From assembly GCF_009914755.1 (NCBI RefSeq), contig NC_060931.1: DNA of 64,000 nt. One strand, 5' to 3'. This document shows, one piece after another, positions 29,089 to 45,300 of this stretch. The DNA comes from the human T2T-CHM13v2.0 reference genome, Homo sapiens. A model generated the notes under the pieces. The model saw nothing but the letters and a program-made list of their open reading frames with translations, searched no databases and was not told the origin of the DNA. Position 1 is the stretch's first letter. Each line of letters starts with the position of its first letter. Both the position numbers and the translations under genes were made by a program.

Positions 29089-29550
29089 TGTCTTAGTTCA
29101 GGCTGCTGTATCAAAATACGATAGACTGATAGCTTATAAACAACAGAAATTTATTTCTCACAGTTCTGGTTGCTGTAAGTCTGAGATCAGCTTGCCAGCA
29201 TGGTCAGGTTCTGGTCAGGGCCTTCTGGAATAAAGACTGCCAAGTAAAGACTTGGACCCTTAGAAGGCAACAAGAGAACTAGAGGACTCTGGGTCCTTTT
29301 TGTTAAGGGTACAAATCTAATTTACGAGGACTCTACCTAATCTGGATTAAAGAGTGCCAACTTCTCCTTGGATCCTTAGAAGGCAACAAGAGAGCTAGAG
29401 GACTCTCTCTGGGGTCCCTTTTGTAAGGGTACTGATCTCATTCATGAAGACTCTACATAATTATCAAAGGCTGCCTCTCAAAAACATCACATTGGAGGTT
29501 AGAATTTCCATATATAAATTTTGGGGTGTAGTCACATTCAGTCCATTGCA
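29089..29550 (-). mobile_element. MLT1A-like MaLR solo LTR with an internal ~117-bp tandem duplication
   Basis: tgtcttagttcaggctgct..aaacaacagaaatttatttctcacagttctgg..cacattcagtccattgca; flanks cccag/ccaag. Confidence 0.85.
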
Positions 29551-29659
29551 CCAAGCTTCAAATATTTTTCACATATAAAGTTACAATGAATACAAGCTCA
29601 AAGTACTCCACAAATTAAATAAATTAATAAAAGTTTTTTAAAAAGGGGATAATTAAGGC

Positions 29660-31290
29660 AGCATGAACATGAATCAGCAGAAACAACAGAGAGCAAACTA
29701 AACCAAAAGATTTCAAATGTCAGTTACAGAATATAAAATAATTATGCTGAAAGAAATAAAAGAAGAAATAAAAACATAAACAAGGAGTTAAGAAAGTATC
29801 ATAATGACCAATAAGTCACGAAATAGAACAAAATTGGAATTCTAGAGTTAAATAATACAATCACAGAAATGAAAATATCACTAAAGATGTGATGTAGCAG
29901 ATTAGAGATGTCTGAAGAGGGAAAGTCTGGAAGACAGCTCTGATTCAAAAATATACGTAATGCAGGACAGAGAGAGATGGAAAATATGAAAGAGAACTTA
30001 GATCAAGGAAATATTTACAGACAATGTCCACCTACATCTATGTGGAACTTCAAAATAATGTAATAGAGTAAACAAACATTTTATTTCAGCAAATTTAAAC
30101 AATGAAATAAAAGAAGGAAACGCCTGTAAAAATATAACTTAGGACGATATAGAAAGCAGGTGTAGTGATATAATCCCTTTAAAAATTCAATCAATACTAA
30201 AAATATTCTTCAAAGTGAACACAAGACCCTAATGGTTTCATACGAGATTTGTCCCCAACATTCTGGCATCAGATAATAAAAACAGAGGGTCCCAACCACA
30301 TCAAAATTCATTATGGCCAATACAGGAATGGAAAAGTACAGATTAACCCCATTCATGAACATACTCAAAAAAATCTTAAAGCATTAGCAAAACAAATCCA
30401 GGTGTGTACTAAAAAGATAATACACTATGACCAAGCTTATTTTACTTCCTAAATGCAATGATGGCTTCATATTTGAAATATTAATTAATGTAACTAACAG
30501 CACTGTGAAATTATGGGGAAAAGTCTATCTGTGTAAAGAAATAATTAGATTAAATTACATTTGTAATGAAATCTCTAAGTTAAATTAGAAATAGAAAACT
30601 CCCCTCTTACACTGAATGAAAACACAATAAGATGCCATTTTTTTGCCACCCACTTGGCAAACCATACCAAATGTTGGCAAGGATGTGACTTAACTGGAAT
30701 TCTTACATATACTGTTTCTGAGGGTGGGGCTTGGTAATAGCCCTTTGGAAATAATCTGGCATTATTTAGCAGATTTTTAAGACTCAACAATTCTGTTTCA
30801 CATGTGCATATGTGCACCAGAAGACCCGTGTAAGAATGTTCATGGCGACGTTATTTGTAACGACAAAAAAACTGGAATTTGGTGATAACAAGAAAACCAA
30901 CTCTCTGCCAATAGAAGAATGGGTAACCTCTGTTGACATATAATGGCCTACTAGACAGCAAAAAAACTATAGCTACAGGGATCAACAAAGATGAGCTAAC
31001 AAAATACATGAAAATAGCAAGTTGCAAAAGTGTAAAACCATTTTTATAAAGTTGAAAAACAAGGAAATTTAGAAAAGGAAAGCAATGGAATTATAAACTC
31101 AGGATCCTGATCTCCCACAAGGAGGAGGATAGCTACTGTCAGAGAAAGGCACATGGGGGTTGAAAAAGTGTTGCTAACTTAATTTTCCTTAAGTTGGAAG
31201 GTAAAAAAGCAGATATTTGTCATATTATTGTATTTTATAACTCGTATAGATGTTATTCATATTTTGCATTTATCAAATGTTTCATAATAA
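29660..31290 (+). mobile_element. Ancient L1M/L1ME fragments
   Basis: A-rich, L1-like fragments (..aaagcattagcaaaacaaatcca..cactatgaccaag.., ..ataccaaatgttggcaaggatgtg..). Confidence 0.65.
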
Positions 31291-31519
31291 AATAATGCTT
31301 ATAAAATCTAATGTAATAGATTTTACATTACATTAGATAATGTAAATATTATATTAGATAATGTAAATTTGTAATATATAGCAATTTGGGGCATAGAAAA
31401 CTTTCTATAATAAAGGCCATTGATAGCGACAGGAAGCATATGGTAAGCAAATGGAAGAGTTTACCTTGTTAACACCTGCTGAAGAGTATTCAGTTTTTTT
31501 ATCCAGATACATACAGACC

Positions 31520-31735
31520 ATGTTATGAAAAGCAGCCCTGTGCACTGGTGAAGAGCTAGATTGGTGCCAGTCTTGGTTGTGATACTTCTTAGCTGTGGGA
31601 TCTTGGGCTTTGGGTCCCTTATCTGTAAAATAGAGATAATAATAGGACCTAATCCATAAAGTTATTTTAAGTATTGGATGAGTTAGCACACAGAAAATGC
31701 TTAGTAATGACTTACTCAAAATACATGCTCAATGT
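31520..31735 (+). mobile_element. MIR just upstream of the HDAC9 exon
   Basis: tacttcttagctgtgggatcttgggc..ccttatctgtaaaatagagataataata. Confidence 0.7.
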
Positions 31736-31799
31736 TAGATTCTAGTGATCACTTTCTCTTGATTTAATACTTTGAAATGTTCTGTTTGTATTATGGTAG

Positions 31800-31933
31800 G
31801 TTTTGGTCATTTGACGAAGCAATTGATGACATTGGCTGATGGACGTGTGGTGTTGGCTCTAGAAGGAGGACATGATCTCACAGCCATCTGTGATGCATCA
31901 GAAGCCTGTGTAAATGCCCTTCTAGGAAATGAG
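31800..31933 (+). CDS. HDAC9: HDAC9 internal coding exon (134 nt, phase 1 to 0), C-terminal part of the deacetylase domain
   Basis: Acceptor ...ttatggtAG at 31798-31799 and donor GAG|gtaaaa at 31934. After 2 nt (GT) it translates [44 protein letters not shown]. It contains the class IIa LEGGHDL motif (His in place of the catalytic Tyr); the residues match HDAC9 rather than HDAC4/5/7 as I recall them. Confidence 0.96.
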
Positions 31934-33021
31934 GTAAAAAAGTAAAAGTACAAAGGGGCAGGGGTAAAGAATCAGGGATGTATGCATGCATATTTTTAAA
32001 CTAAAAAAAAATTCTGCATACTCAGAAAGCTTAACATTGCTCTTACCATTAAGAAAGAAGGTAAGCCTTAGATAAGTTTACATGTTCTCGTATACTACAA
32101 TGTTATCCCAGGTACAGAATCCACATAGCACTCACTCCCTTCAATCAGGTTAGCCATGGAGCTCAAAAATAAGAACATTTTGTCTACTGACCCAACCAAT
32201 GAGTACGGAAACATTGAATAAGAAATAAAACTTTAAAAAATGTCTGGAGGTTTCTTGTAGGGTTATGTTATTTCTGGGAAAAAAAAACTGTTTTAAAAAT
32301 TGGTAAACTATTTTTGTCACCATTTAAGAATTCTTTATGCTAAGAGGTAGGTATTTCCATCTTACAGATGGTGAGAATGAGTCTCAAAAATGTTGAGAAA
32401 TCCATCCAAAGTCATGCAGTCAGAATGCATTATAAGATCCAAGACATGAACATGAATCTAAATGGCCAAAGACCATTATATTTTCTTTCACATCACATGG
32501 CTACATTGCAACATACTTTCTGACTACTCTGCAGAATTCAGATCCAATTGCTATGAGGTTCACTTCCAGCTCATGGCAACATTTTCAACCAATTAGTTGC
32601 AATTCAGCAAATATTTCAAAGTTTCTATGTATTCATTAATATTATCCATTAATCTATTTTCTATAGTGATTATACAGTAGTGTTAAGACTATCATATGCA
32701 TTTTGCCTTTCTTTTATGAATTTGCAATATGATTTTGCTTATTAGATAAACATATACAAAATCTTTTTAAAAATCTATCATTCATATCATTTTTTTAACT
32801 GTAATGCATGCCTTTGCCTGTAGTATTTTATAAAACAAAATGTACCTTTTCTTCTGCACATAGAACACATAGTTACTATTGTCATCATTATTTTACAAAC
32901 CTGTAATGTTTCCATATGATTATTTTTCATATATATTGAAGTAAAAATGTATGTTGTTAATTTGAAGAAAAAATATGAGAGAGAAAACTTAAGCATTGCT
33001 CAAGTACTTTGCTCTTGTTAA

Positions 33022-33328
33022 TTTTTTTTTTTTTTTTTTTTTTTTTCTGAGATAGAGTCTCGCTCTGTCGCCCAGGCTGGAGTGCAGTGGCGCGATCTCG
33101 GCTCACTGCAACCTCCGCCACCCGGGTTGAAGTGATTCCCCTGCCTCAGCCACCCAAGTAGCTGGGATTACAGGTGTGCACCATCACGCCCAGCTAATTT
33201 TTGTATTTTTAGTAGAGACGGGGTTTCACCATGTTGGCTAGGCTGGTCTCGAACTCCTGACCTCGTGATCTGCCCGCCTCGGCCTCCCAAAGTGCTGGAA
33301 TTACAGGCCTGAACCACCGTGCCTGGCT
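33022..33328 (-). mobile_element. AluS-like (Sc/Sg) SINE
   Basis: PolyT then full antisense Alu; TSD tcttgttaatttt at 33013-33025 and 33330-33342. Confidence 0.94.
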
Positions 33329-34164
33329 GTCTTGTTAATTTTAGACAGCACAGTAACTCAAAGGATGTAATTATCTAATGATTAGTGTCAACAAAGTGCT
33401 GCTGTTTCAGATCACGCACAATTCAACGTGTGTAAAATTTTCTAAAATGTTAGTGTCTTTCTGTGATCCCTGTACACCAATAATGTCAAACAGGATGTTG
33501 AGTGTTTTTTTGTGGCAGTAAGGGAGTGCAAGAAATAAATGCTATTTTTATTTTATAAGTTGATGTTGGGGTGCTTCTTTGTCCCCTAGATAACATTTTT
33601 TGCATAGTCACCTGTATTCTGAAATCACTTATTTGATTTTAATTATAGAAATATGTTACAGAAGCATAATAATATTAATATTTGCATTATAAAGGCTTAC
33701 ACCAGATGTGCAGACAATCAGAATAGGTTGTGGATCTGTAGCTCCATGGATAATTGACCTAGCCAGAAAGAAATGTTACCTGATTGCAAAAGCCAACTAC
33801 TTTTCTTCCTATGTGGAAGGAAATCAGGGATTTTACTGGCTTTCTTTGAACACATGCATTCAAATGTCTCTATACTCATAATCTTTTGCTCTTAACCCAA
33901 CATTTCCAATGAGGATGGAGTGATCTCCCCTATGATCTCTTTCTTTAAGAAATGATTATGTTTCAGAACAGATTCAACTGTGTGGAGTTACATGTTTTTC
34001 TTAATTTATCTGTGTTTACTGTAAAGCAAAGTGTGTTTTGTACCTTGCTGCCATTCTATGACCTTTTGACTGGGAGAACTCTGGCCATTTTAGTACACGT
34101 GCTTTTCGTGGAGATGAAATACACTGCTTTTGTAGAGCAATTAGTGACTTTAAAATTGATGGCA

Positions 34165-34244
34165 TGAGCCGAGATCCCGCCACTGCACTCCAGCCTGGGC
34201 GACAGAGCGAGACTCCGTCTCAAAAAAAAAAAAAAAAAAAAAAA
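34165..34244 (+). mobile_element. 5'-truncated AluYa5-type insertion (57 bp plus polyA)
   Basis: tgagccgagatCCCgccactgcactccagcctgggcgacagagcgagactccgtctc followed by a pure A run; perfect TSD aaaattgatggca at 34152-34164 and 34241-34253. Confidence 0.88.
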
Positions 34245-34248
34245 TTGA

Positions 34249-34854
<606 letters not shown>

Positions 34855-37129
34855 TGATGTCACCTGATTTAAAGTGTGAGACCTGTGCCTTTTCTCTATA
34901 TGTTTAGAAAGACCAGGCTTGAGAAAGAGAAAGGAATAAAGGTATTGCTGGACAATATTAAACCTGACCATGTGAGTGTTTAGATTGCTAAAATTTCCAG
35001 TAAGTGCTAACTGAAATGATTATTTTTGGCTATATTGACTATTGAACTTACTAATTAATATGTATGTCTTATGGTAAATTTGAGTTAGTTATTATGATGC
35101 CCTAAATACCAGCTTGTCCCTTTTGGTTGGTGGTCTTCAGTTGCATAAGCACAACCTAAAATTTTTTCAATATAAACTAAAGGAAGGGAGGTTTAAATAA
35201 TGTATGCTTTTCTATATTTTTTGCATTAAACTTTCTTGGGAACATAAATAAGAATATAGAATTCCTAGCAGATACTTTAAGGGTAACAATGAATATGGGA
35301 TTATTGAATTTTTGAAAGGTAAATTTTGTTGTGTCAGGTCTATCAGTATATGGAAGAACAAAGTTAAGAAAAAGAAAGATTATTAAAAGTGAAAAATTAA
35401 AGAAAAATACAAATGTGTTGTACATTATAATTCATTTGGAAAAAGGAAATGAAAATATAATACATAAAACACATTAAAGAATGGAGAGTTCTTCTCACTT
35501 TCATTGACAATATAATTTATAATCCAAGGCCTGGTTTTCTGTATTTTTTTCCAGGTCAAAGATCATTATGACTACACTGAAGTTTTAAATTTTATTCTTT
35601 TAGAAAAGTAATATATAAGGCGTATTACATGTACTTCACCATTTTTTAAAAAGTGCATATATGTAGTTTTCACAGTAGTTTTATATGGTAAGCTGTAGGT
35701 AAAAAAATACAAAAGGATGTCTTTCAGATTGCGATTTCAAATCCCAGTTTCCCTCCAAACCCTTTATTCAGTGATTAATAGAGCAATTAGAACTCATTAT
35801 CTGGGATTTCACTTTTACAAATAACAAAATGTAGTAAAGCTTGAACTTAAAACATTGGCAGAACCCGCTTTAGTTTCTCAACACTGAACATGCAATTGAA
35901 CTCCCATTAGAAAGGTCAAGAGGGGCCTTTCTGAGGGCCTCTGCTCTTTGTCAGATGTATTTATTCATGTGCAGAGGATTAGAATTCATAAACATTTTGC
36001 CAGTTTTTTGAATGCTATTTCTTTCCCTTGTTGTTTTTGGCCAGGCCATGTCAATACAGCAAAATTTTGCTTCTTAGGGCTTATGATCAGCAGAATAATA
36101 TGTATTACATAACCCAAAGTAATTATAAAATCAGCAGGAACCGTTAGCTGTGCATCTGTGTAGACACATAGAGGGGTACCAAAAAACTTGATTTTTAAAA
36201 ATTTTAGTTATCTGAGTGTTGCACCCAAAACATGCATTTTCTTCTTTTTAAATATCTTTATCATGAAAATGATCTACTTAGCAAAACATCTCTTAACTAT
36301 TCTTTTCAGAAATATGTACAAGGTCAGTCAAAATAGTATACTATTGGATTAAAACTAATTTGAGCATGGTACAGGAAATTCCTGGAGGCAACTGATATTG
36401 AAGACATACCAGAAGTCCATTTTTTTCTTTTTCTTGGCAAAGTTTAGAACTTAGATTTATCAGTCCAATCAGTGCATGATGAATATTTTTGATCTTTTTC
36501 AATGAAGCACTTAGAAACACCAGCTTGGGGTTTGCAAGAAATTGAAGTGAATATTTAAATGAGAAGAATCATTAAGTTGCTTGGAAAGGCATTAGGGATA
36601 CTTGTGTCAATAACCACATAGTTTTTAGAATTCATAATAGAAACATCTGTGAGGTTCCCAGAAAATCTGATTTTGGTAATCTGTATTTGAGCTGATTGGC
36701 AAACAGTGTCACAGTTGCTTTAAGGCCAAATTTGCCTACTGTTATGCAAAGCCAATTAGTGGCACCCCGGGTTACTTCCTCTGAAAGAAATTTTCCCAAG
36801 AGGTGAGAAAAGCTTTAAGCAGTTGCCATTCCTATGGAATCTAAAACAAAAACATTGAAAAACTTCAAGCAAGTCAAAGAAAGGAGAGGACATGTAGTAG
36901 TAGAAGCCTTGGGTAGTGAGTTGAGAACATGGCCATTAGAAGATCACCTGTCAATACCGAATAAATGATGATTTCTAAGCTTGTTAGAGGAAAAAAGCAA
37001 AACAAATTGTCATAGGTCTGGAAGCTGTTGAGATTATGGTAAATCCTCTAGTACTGCAAGTTCAGCATTTACACTTGGAGCATATAGCATGTTTTGATTT
37101 CCCTCACTCTTTTTAAAATTTGGATTCTG

Positions 37130-37257
37130 ATTTCTTTTTTTGTCTCTTCTTTTTTTTTTCTTTTCTTTCCCTCCCTGCCTCCCTCCCGTTATTCTTCACT
37201 TCCTCACTCCCTTCAACCCTCTCTCCCTTTCTCCCTCCCTCTCTCCAGTTTCTTTTT
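37130..37257. repeat. CT-rich low-complexity tract
   Basis: Direct reading. Confidence 0.8.
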
Positions 37258-38650
37258 AATAACTGCTATCTCCTGTTGAGTATGCTCAGCTGCTTCTATT
37301 TGACTTGAATTTCACAAACAGTGGCTAAACTTAGTGATTGTGTTGGTTGATAATCTTTTAAAGATGACGTTTTGCTCTAAAGCTGCTGAAACAGTCTCTT
37401 GAATTGACTCTAGTAAGTGTTGACAACCACCCCTGAGGTGAACTCTTGAGATGTTGTTGTCCAAGTTGCTCATCAGGGGTTTGTTTTCATTGGATTCCGA
37501 ATAGGGAAGTTGTTTTGCCATCTTTTTCATCCTTTAGATTATGTATGGCTGAAGCTTAGTCCATTGGGGAATTGGTGTGAATCTGGGAAAGCTTACAAGC
37601 TCCTAAATAGTTGCCATTCATGAGTAAAGGAAGGAGGAACTGAATACAGGGACAATGTATGATATGTCAGAATAGTGTTTTTCTATGGTTTTCTTTTAAA
37701 CTTTGAAGGCTCTCCATACTCTGAAAGAGAATGTGTGGGTAATCTAAAGAGAATAAAACTGTTTGGGGAAAATATTATTTGAAGATACTTTTCAGTGTAG
37801 ATGTGGCCTGTGATGTTGCATTTCTTATATTCAACAAGGCAGAGCCAAATTGGTTGTGGATTTATTTTTGTTTATATCTTTTATCAAATGCCAAATGAAG
37901 TGGACGTTGTTTGGATAATTCAAAACTCCATTATATAAATTTTCTATATAGTCTTTAGGTTTTTCAGAGGGTGTTAAGGAGAATATGGGCCAGGGACCTG
38001 GATATTTCACAGGTTGTGGTAACCAATAAAAGAAAGAAAGCAGTTCTTTGCCATGGTGAAACAAACATGAAATGACATTCATTTATCTGACCATTCATTA
38101 GTCTTTTATTGGGCATGTATTTTGTGCCCAAAAGTTTCAATATAAGTAAAAGTAAAACAAAGTGCTTTGGGAATATAACATAAAACCATTGTTTTTAACT
38201 ACAGAGATCGAGGAATATTTTAACATTTAATTGGTCTTGAATAAAAAAATCAGACTAATATGAGCTAATGTCTAAGGAAAAGATTATCATGTAATGGGAA
38301 AGCATAGATAAAGACATTAAGACTTCTTGGAATTGTGGATGGCTCTGTTTGGATTTGTTCGTTTTGTTTTTGGTAGAGGAGAGGTATGTTGAGTAGAATA
38401 AAAGTATATACTGGGGCTGAATCTGGGTAATGGAATATCATAAGGAATTAGAATTTCTGTGAAAAAATATGGAAGCTTTGAATAAATGAATCCCAAGCTT
38501 TGGTGTAAAACAACAACAGCAACAAAACAGCATTTTGTTTGTTTGTTTGTTTTGGAGATGGCAGAAGCTTGTAGAAGAAAACAAAGCTTACTATGAAAAT
38601 AACTATTAGCAATTTTCCCAGATAATCAATAAACAAAATTATACTCTAAC

Positions 38651-38852
38651 CACAATATGCTGGAACTGACTGTAAATGACTTGTGAAAGCCAATTGTGTG
38701 TATCTCTGCTTAAATCTAAGTTTAATAACATCACGTTAGTAGCTTGAAATAGGCCATGGTGGGAATATTTACACCACAGAAATCAGCAAATACTACAAAT
38801 TAGGACTACTACTTGGACAGTTAGCAGTTCAACATTTACCGGCACACCACTG
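38651..38852. mobile_element. MER63A-like hAT-Blackjack MITE
   Basis: cacgttagtagcttgaaataggccatggtgggaatatttacaccacagaaat..aacatttaccggcacaccactg terminal. Confidence 0.75.
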
Positions 38853-40544
38853 CTACATAATGTGAAACAGGTCTTGTTAGCAGAAAAGTCAACACTTGGA
38901 AAAGAGTATCATACAAAATCTCTTTAATAAAATAAAAAAAATTAAAGAAAATATTGAAAAATATAAAATTAGCAGATTAAAGGAAGAAGAGATTAAAAAA
39001 GCAAATAAAGAGAATACTAAGGCACACAAAGTGAAACAGGACTTAACAAATTTGACTGTCAAATTTAAACTTACTTGCAGAAACAGGGGCAAGTAAACAA
39101 GATTTTTGGCATTTAATGTGAGCCAAGCCTTCTTCATAACAATTGATATCCAGACTACAGACATTATGTTGGAAAACTACACATACAGCCCTGAACGAAC
39201 TTCCCTTCAATGTTGTTAGAACTTTAGTTTGACATGCACTTTTCAACATATGTAGTATTTTCCTAACTCTACTGTGTGGTTCTAACTGTTTTCTCATTAT
39301 GTTGTATATCTACAAACTTACCTTAATGATTAAACAAGAATATCAATAATCTGAATCATCCAACAAATTGTATTTATTATCCTCTTTCCAATTGACCGCT
39401 ATGCCTTCTTCCATTTATTTTTAGGTTTATTTTTAATTACTTAGTTGGTGACTGCCATAGATGTTTAAATATATCATGTGCAAACTGTCCATGGTTAAGC
39501 ATCATGGAAATTATGGGATACTATTTGGGTTTGATATGGAACAGAGGCATCTTCTCATAGTCTTCCTCCTTTCATTCATTGGCTGATGTATTGTTTAACC
39601 TACATTTCTCTAAGCCATAGTAGTTTTGGACAAAACTCAGTTAATAGAACAATAACTACAGTAATAATCTCGGAGTCTGACTCACTGGTCCCTCTTACCT
39701 TATTCAAGGAATTCCTGCAATATCTCATGTGAGCTGATGACCATGACTGTTCCCTTTACCTCTTGGTCTTCCTGTTACTCTCATAAGACTTATGTCACTG
39801 CTATTGACCAGAGATATTTCTTTATTGCTGTGTTGATATCACCCTATGTCATCCACATGTAGGTAGGATGCAGGCAGACGCAATCTGAATAATTTCAATA
39901 GTTTGTCAGTGTAGTAACTTGATTGTCAATACAATCACCCTGATTCTGATATTTCCCCCAATCTATTTGGTCAAGAATTTTAATGACTTCAAACAAATAA
40001 AATAGGTTATTTCAAGAATGACTCATGAATCACAATTTGGATAAAATTATAACCAGATTTACTTACACAATCAAATTAAACATACACAACTAATTGCAGA
40101 CTTCTCTAAGACAATTATTCAAATGAGAGTTGAGTTTCCACCACCAATCCCTCCTCACTAGGGAATTGATAATAGTTCATTAGCATGGAGAGTCAGGTCT
40201 TCATTACAATCTGCTTCCCTTGTCCTCTTGGTCTTGATTATCATATTCTTCCAACGTTCCACAATATCTTTGACTCTGACAACTGAACCCTTTCTGCATT
40301 TTGTCTGAGTCGCTTTGCATGTTGCAGGGGGACTTTCAGCTTTCTTTGTAAGTAAATTTGTGGCCTTGTACCTAAGAATATAACATGTTGCTCTTATGCA
40401 AAATATATAATCTCACTTTGTTTCCTGGAAGGACAGTAATACAGTGGAAAGAACATGAACTCAAGATCTAGACTTTGTTTCCCTATTCTCTTACATCACA
40501 GTGCTTTTAATTTTTTTTGGATTTTTAATTTTTGCTACACTGTT

Positions 40545-42307
<1,763 letters not shown>

Positions 42308-42319
42308 GGTGGTTGTACA

Positions 42320-45300
42320 AATCACATATAAGTGGATATAAATGGATTTAGTTCACCAATTAAGACAAAGGTGATAACATTGTAATAACAGATGCTCTTT
42401 GAAGGGAAGCTTTCTGTAATATAATTATAAGGAAACTTTGAATGAAGGAAATGAAAAAAAATTTATCCACAAGAACTAACTGAAGGAAAATTCATGTGAC
42501 CATATTAATATCAGATAAAAATGGACTTTAAGGCAAGAAAAAAGAGAAAATAGAGATCAAAAGAGGTGTTTCATACTGATAAAATATTCTATGAACCAAG
42601 AAGATAAAACAATTCAAACTTTTTGTGTCTAAGACAGCATGAAAACATATTAAGTATACATGGAAAGAACCAAATGAAAAAATAGGCAAAACCACAATCA
42701 TCATAACAAATTTTAGTACACGTCTCTCAGTAACTGATAAACCATGAAGAAAATAAAAGTGAAGGGTGATGTGGAAGATTTAAACACTTGATAAACTTGC
42801 TATAATTTAAATATATAATGGAGTATATATCCCCTAACATGACAGAATATCATTCTTTTCAAGGACATTCTTAACATTTTTAAAAATAGACCGTATATGG
42901 AGCATAAAGCAAGTTTCAATAAATTTGAACTAATTGAATTCATACATAGTATAATTTCTTACCACAGTGAGGTAATTAGAAAATCGTATATATTTTGAGA
43001 TTTCAAATATACTCTAATTCATGTGTCCAAAGAAATCACAGTGAAATACTAGAAAGTATTCTGAAATAAAGCATTATGAAAATATAACATGTGAAAACTT
43101 GTGTGATATATAAAGCTGAACTTAGAGAAACATATGCTTTTAAATGTATATATTAGAAAAGAAGAAAACTTAAAATTAATGTTTAAAAGCATATATCTCA
43201 TTAGAGAATCAAAGCAGCAAATTAAATGCAAAGAAACCAAAGAAGATATAAATAAAATGATAAAATAGAAAACAAGCATATATGTAAGATTTTTAAAGTC
43301 AGAGGTTGATTCTTTGAAATAAGTAGTAAAATTGATCGAACTCTAGTAAGACTGACCAACAAAGAAAAAGCATGCATGCCCAGCACTGGGAAAGAAAAGG
43401 AGACTTCACTACAGATTTTAATGTTATTAAAAGGATGACAAGAAAATATTAAAATAAACTTTACGTAAACATTTCAAAAACTTATGAAATGGAATATATT
43501 AAATGGAAAAATTATAATAAAAATGCAACCTTGCAAGACTGAATAAAAATACAGCAAATGTGAGTGGTTCTTTAATTACTTACAAAACTGGGTTTTTAAA
43601 ACTAAATTTACCAGGAGAAAACACAAAACCCATATAGCTTCACCAGGAAATTCTACCAGGAATTTAAGGAAAAAATAACACCAATCACAAATTGTTTTAG
43701 AATAAAGGAATGGATGGTAGGAAGAATCCATCACAAATAATTTTTTGAGGCCTATGTGATACCAATACCAAAAACTTAACAGAATATCACAAGAAAGGAA
43801 TATTATAAGAGAATATTTCTCATAGTCATAGTAGTTAAAACCCTAAATAAAATATTAGCAGTTCATCAAGATCTTAAATGTTCATAAAAATTGGGTTTAC
43901 TCTAGAAATATAACATATCAACTTTCCAAACTAATTCATTATAATTCATCACATTAAGACAATGAGGAAGAAATATATTTCAATAAATGTTTTAAAAGCA
44001 GCTGATAAACTACCCAATCATAATGAACAATTTTTACAAATAGAAATAAAAAATGTTTATTAACTTGATAAAGGATAGCTACAAAATAAATTCCACAGTA
44101 TACATCAGGTTTAAAGGGGAAATATAGAAATTATTCTTTTAAATCGAAAACAAGACGAAGATACTCTTACTGCTTCATTTCAGCATTGTTCAGGGAATCC
44201 TAGACAGTGCGATATTGTAAAAAAAAGAAAAAGATATCAGTATTGGAGAAAAATAAATAAATCTTTCACTATTTACAGATGATTTGTAATTGAGTATGAA
44301 GAAAATCTATTAAAAGATGTTCATTTAAATTATGAATTAATATGTAAATTTAACAAAGTGGGTAGTTAATTAAAAATCAGTGAAAATTTAAAACTCACTT
44401 AAAAGGTTTAGTAAAAATTAATTATATATCTATATAACTGTCATAACTGTAGAAAATAAAAGTTTAAGAATACACTGGTTTTATGTAACCAGTTATCGTT
44501 AAGGGAAACTGGGTGAAGAGTACATGGGAATTTTGTACAATGTTTGAAACTTTCTATAAATATAAAATTACTTCAAAAAACATTTTAATAATGAGTTTAT
44601 TTCACACACACATTTTTGTATCCCCACCATTTCCGTGTCTGACCACTACTATACTATATCCTATCATAACATTCCATACATACTTAAAACCAAGCAAAGG
44701 GTGGAGTTCCATCTTAGAAAACTGAACAGACATTTTGGACAACACATTCTTGGCAATGGAACCTGGACAACATTTATCAGATATGGTATGTAAATTTCTC
44801 ACTCTGCATTACAAAAAGACAGGTGGATATCAAATGATAGAGAAATGAAATAAGACAGAAATTTTCTAACAAGCTGTTTAAACTATTAAGGAGACTTCTT
44901 GCTCCACTGCCAGAGATCTTGAATAGCCTCTTGGTCAGTCATTAGGAAGCAGTTCTTCACATAATTGATGAAATTGGTTTCCAATTTGGGAAGAGAACCA
45001 CCTTTTTGTGTACTTGCTTGCATTTTTGCTTTAATGTTTTCTACAGAACTAGGTCCTTTTAGCGTTTTGGGAGGGTTTTTTTTCTGTTTTTTGAAGGATT
45101 CTTGACCTTTTGGGTCTTGATGTTGATGGTTTTGAGTCTTTTTCAGTCTGGTTTGATTTTTGTGCAATTTTGGCTGGAGTATCTTATATAGATTTCTTCA
45201 CTGAGCTTTTTCTTCATCTTCCTCACCCTTGTCATCGTCATCTTCATTGTCATCATCATTATCTTCATTAGCAGCAAGTTTTTACTTTTTTTCTGTGGAA

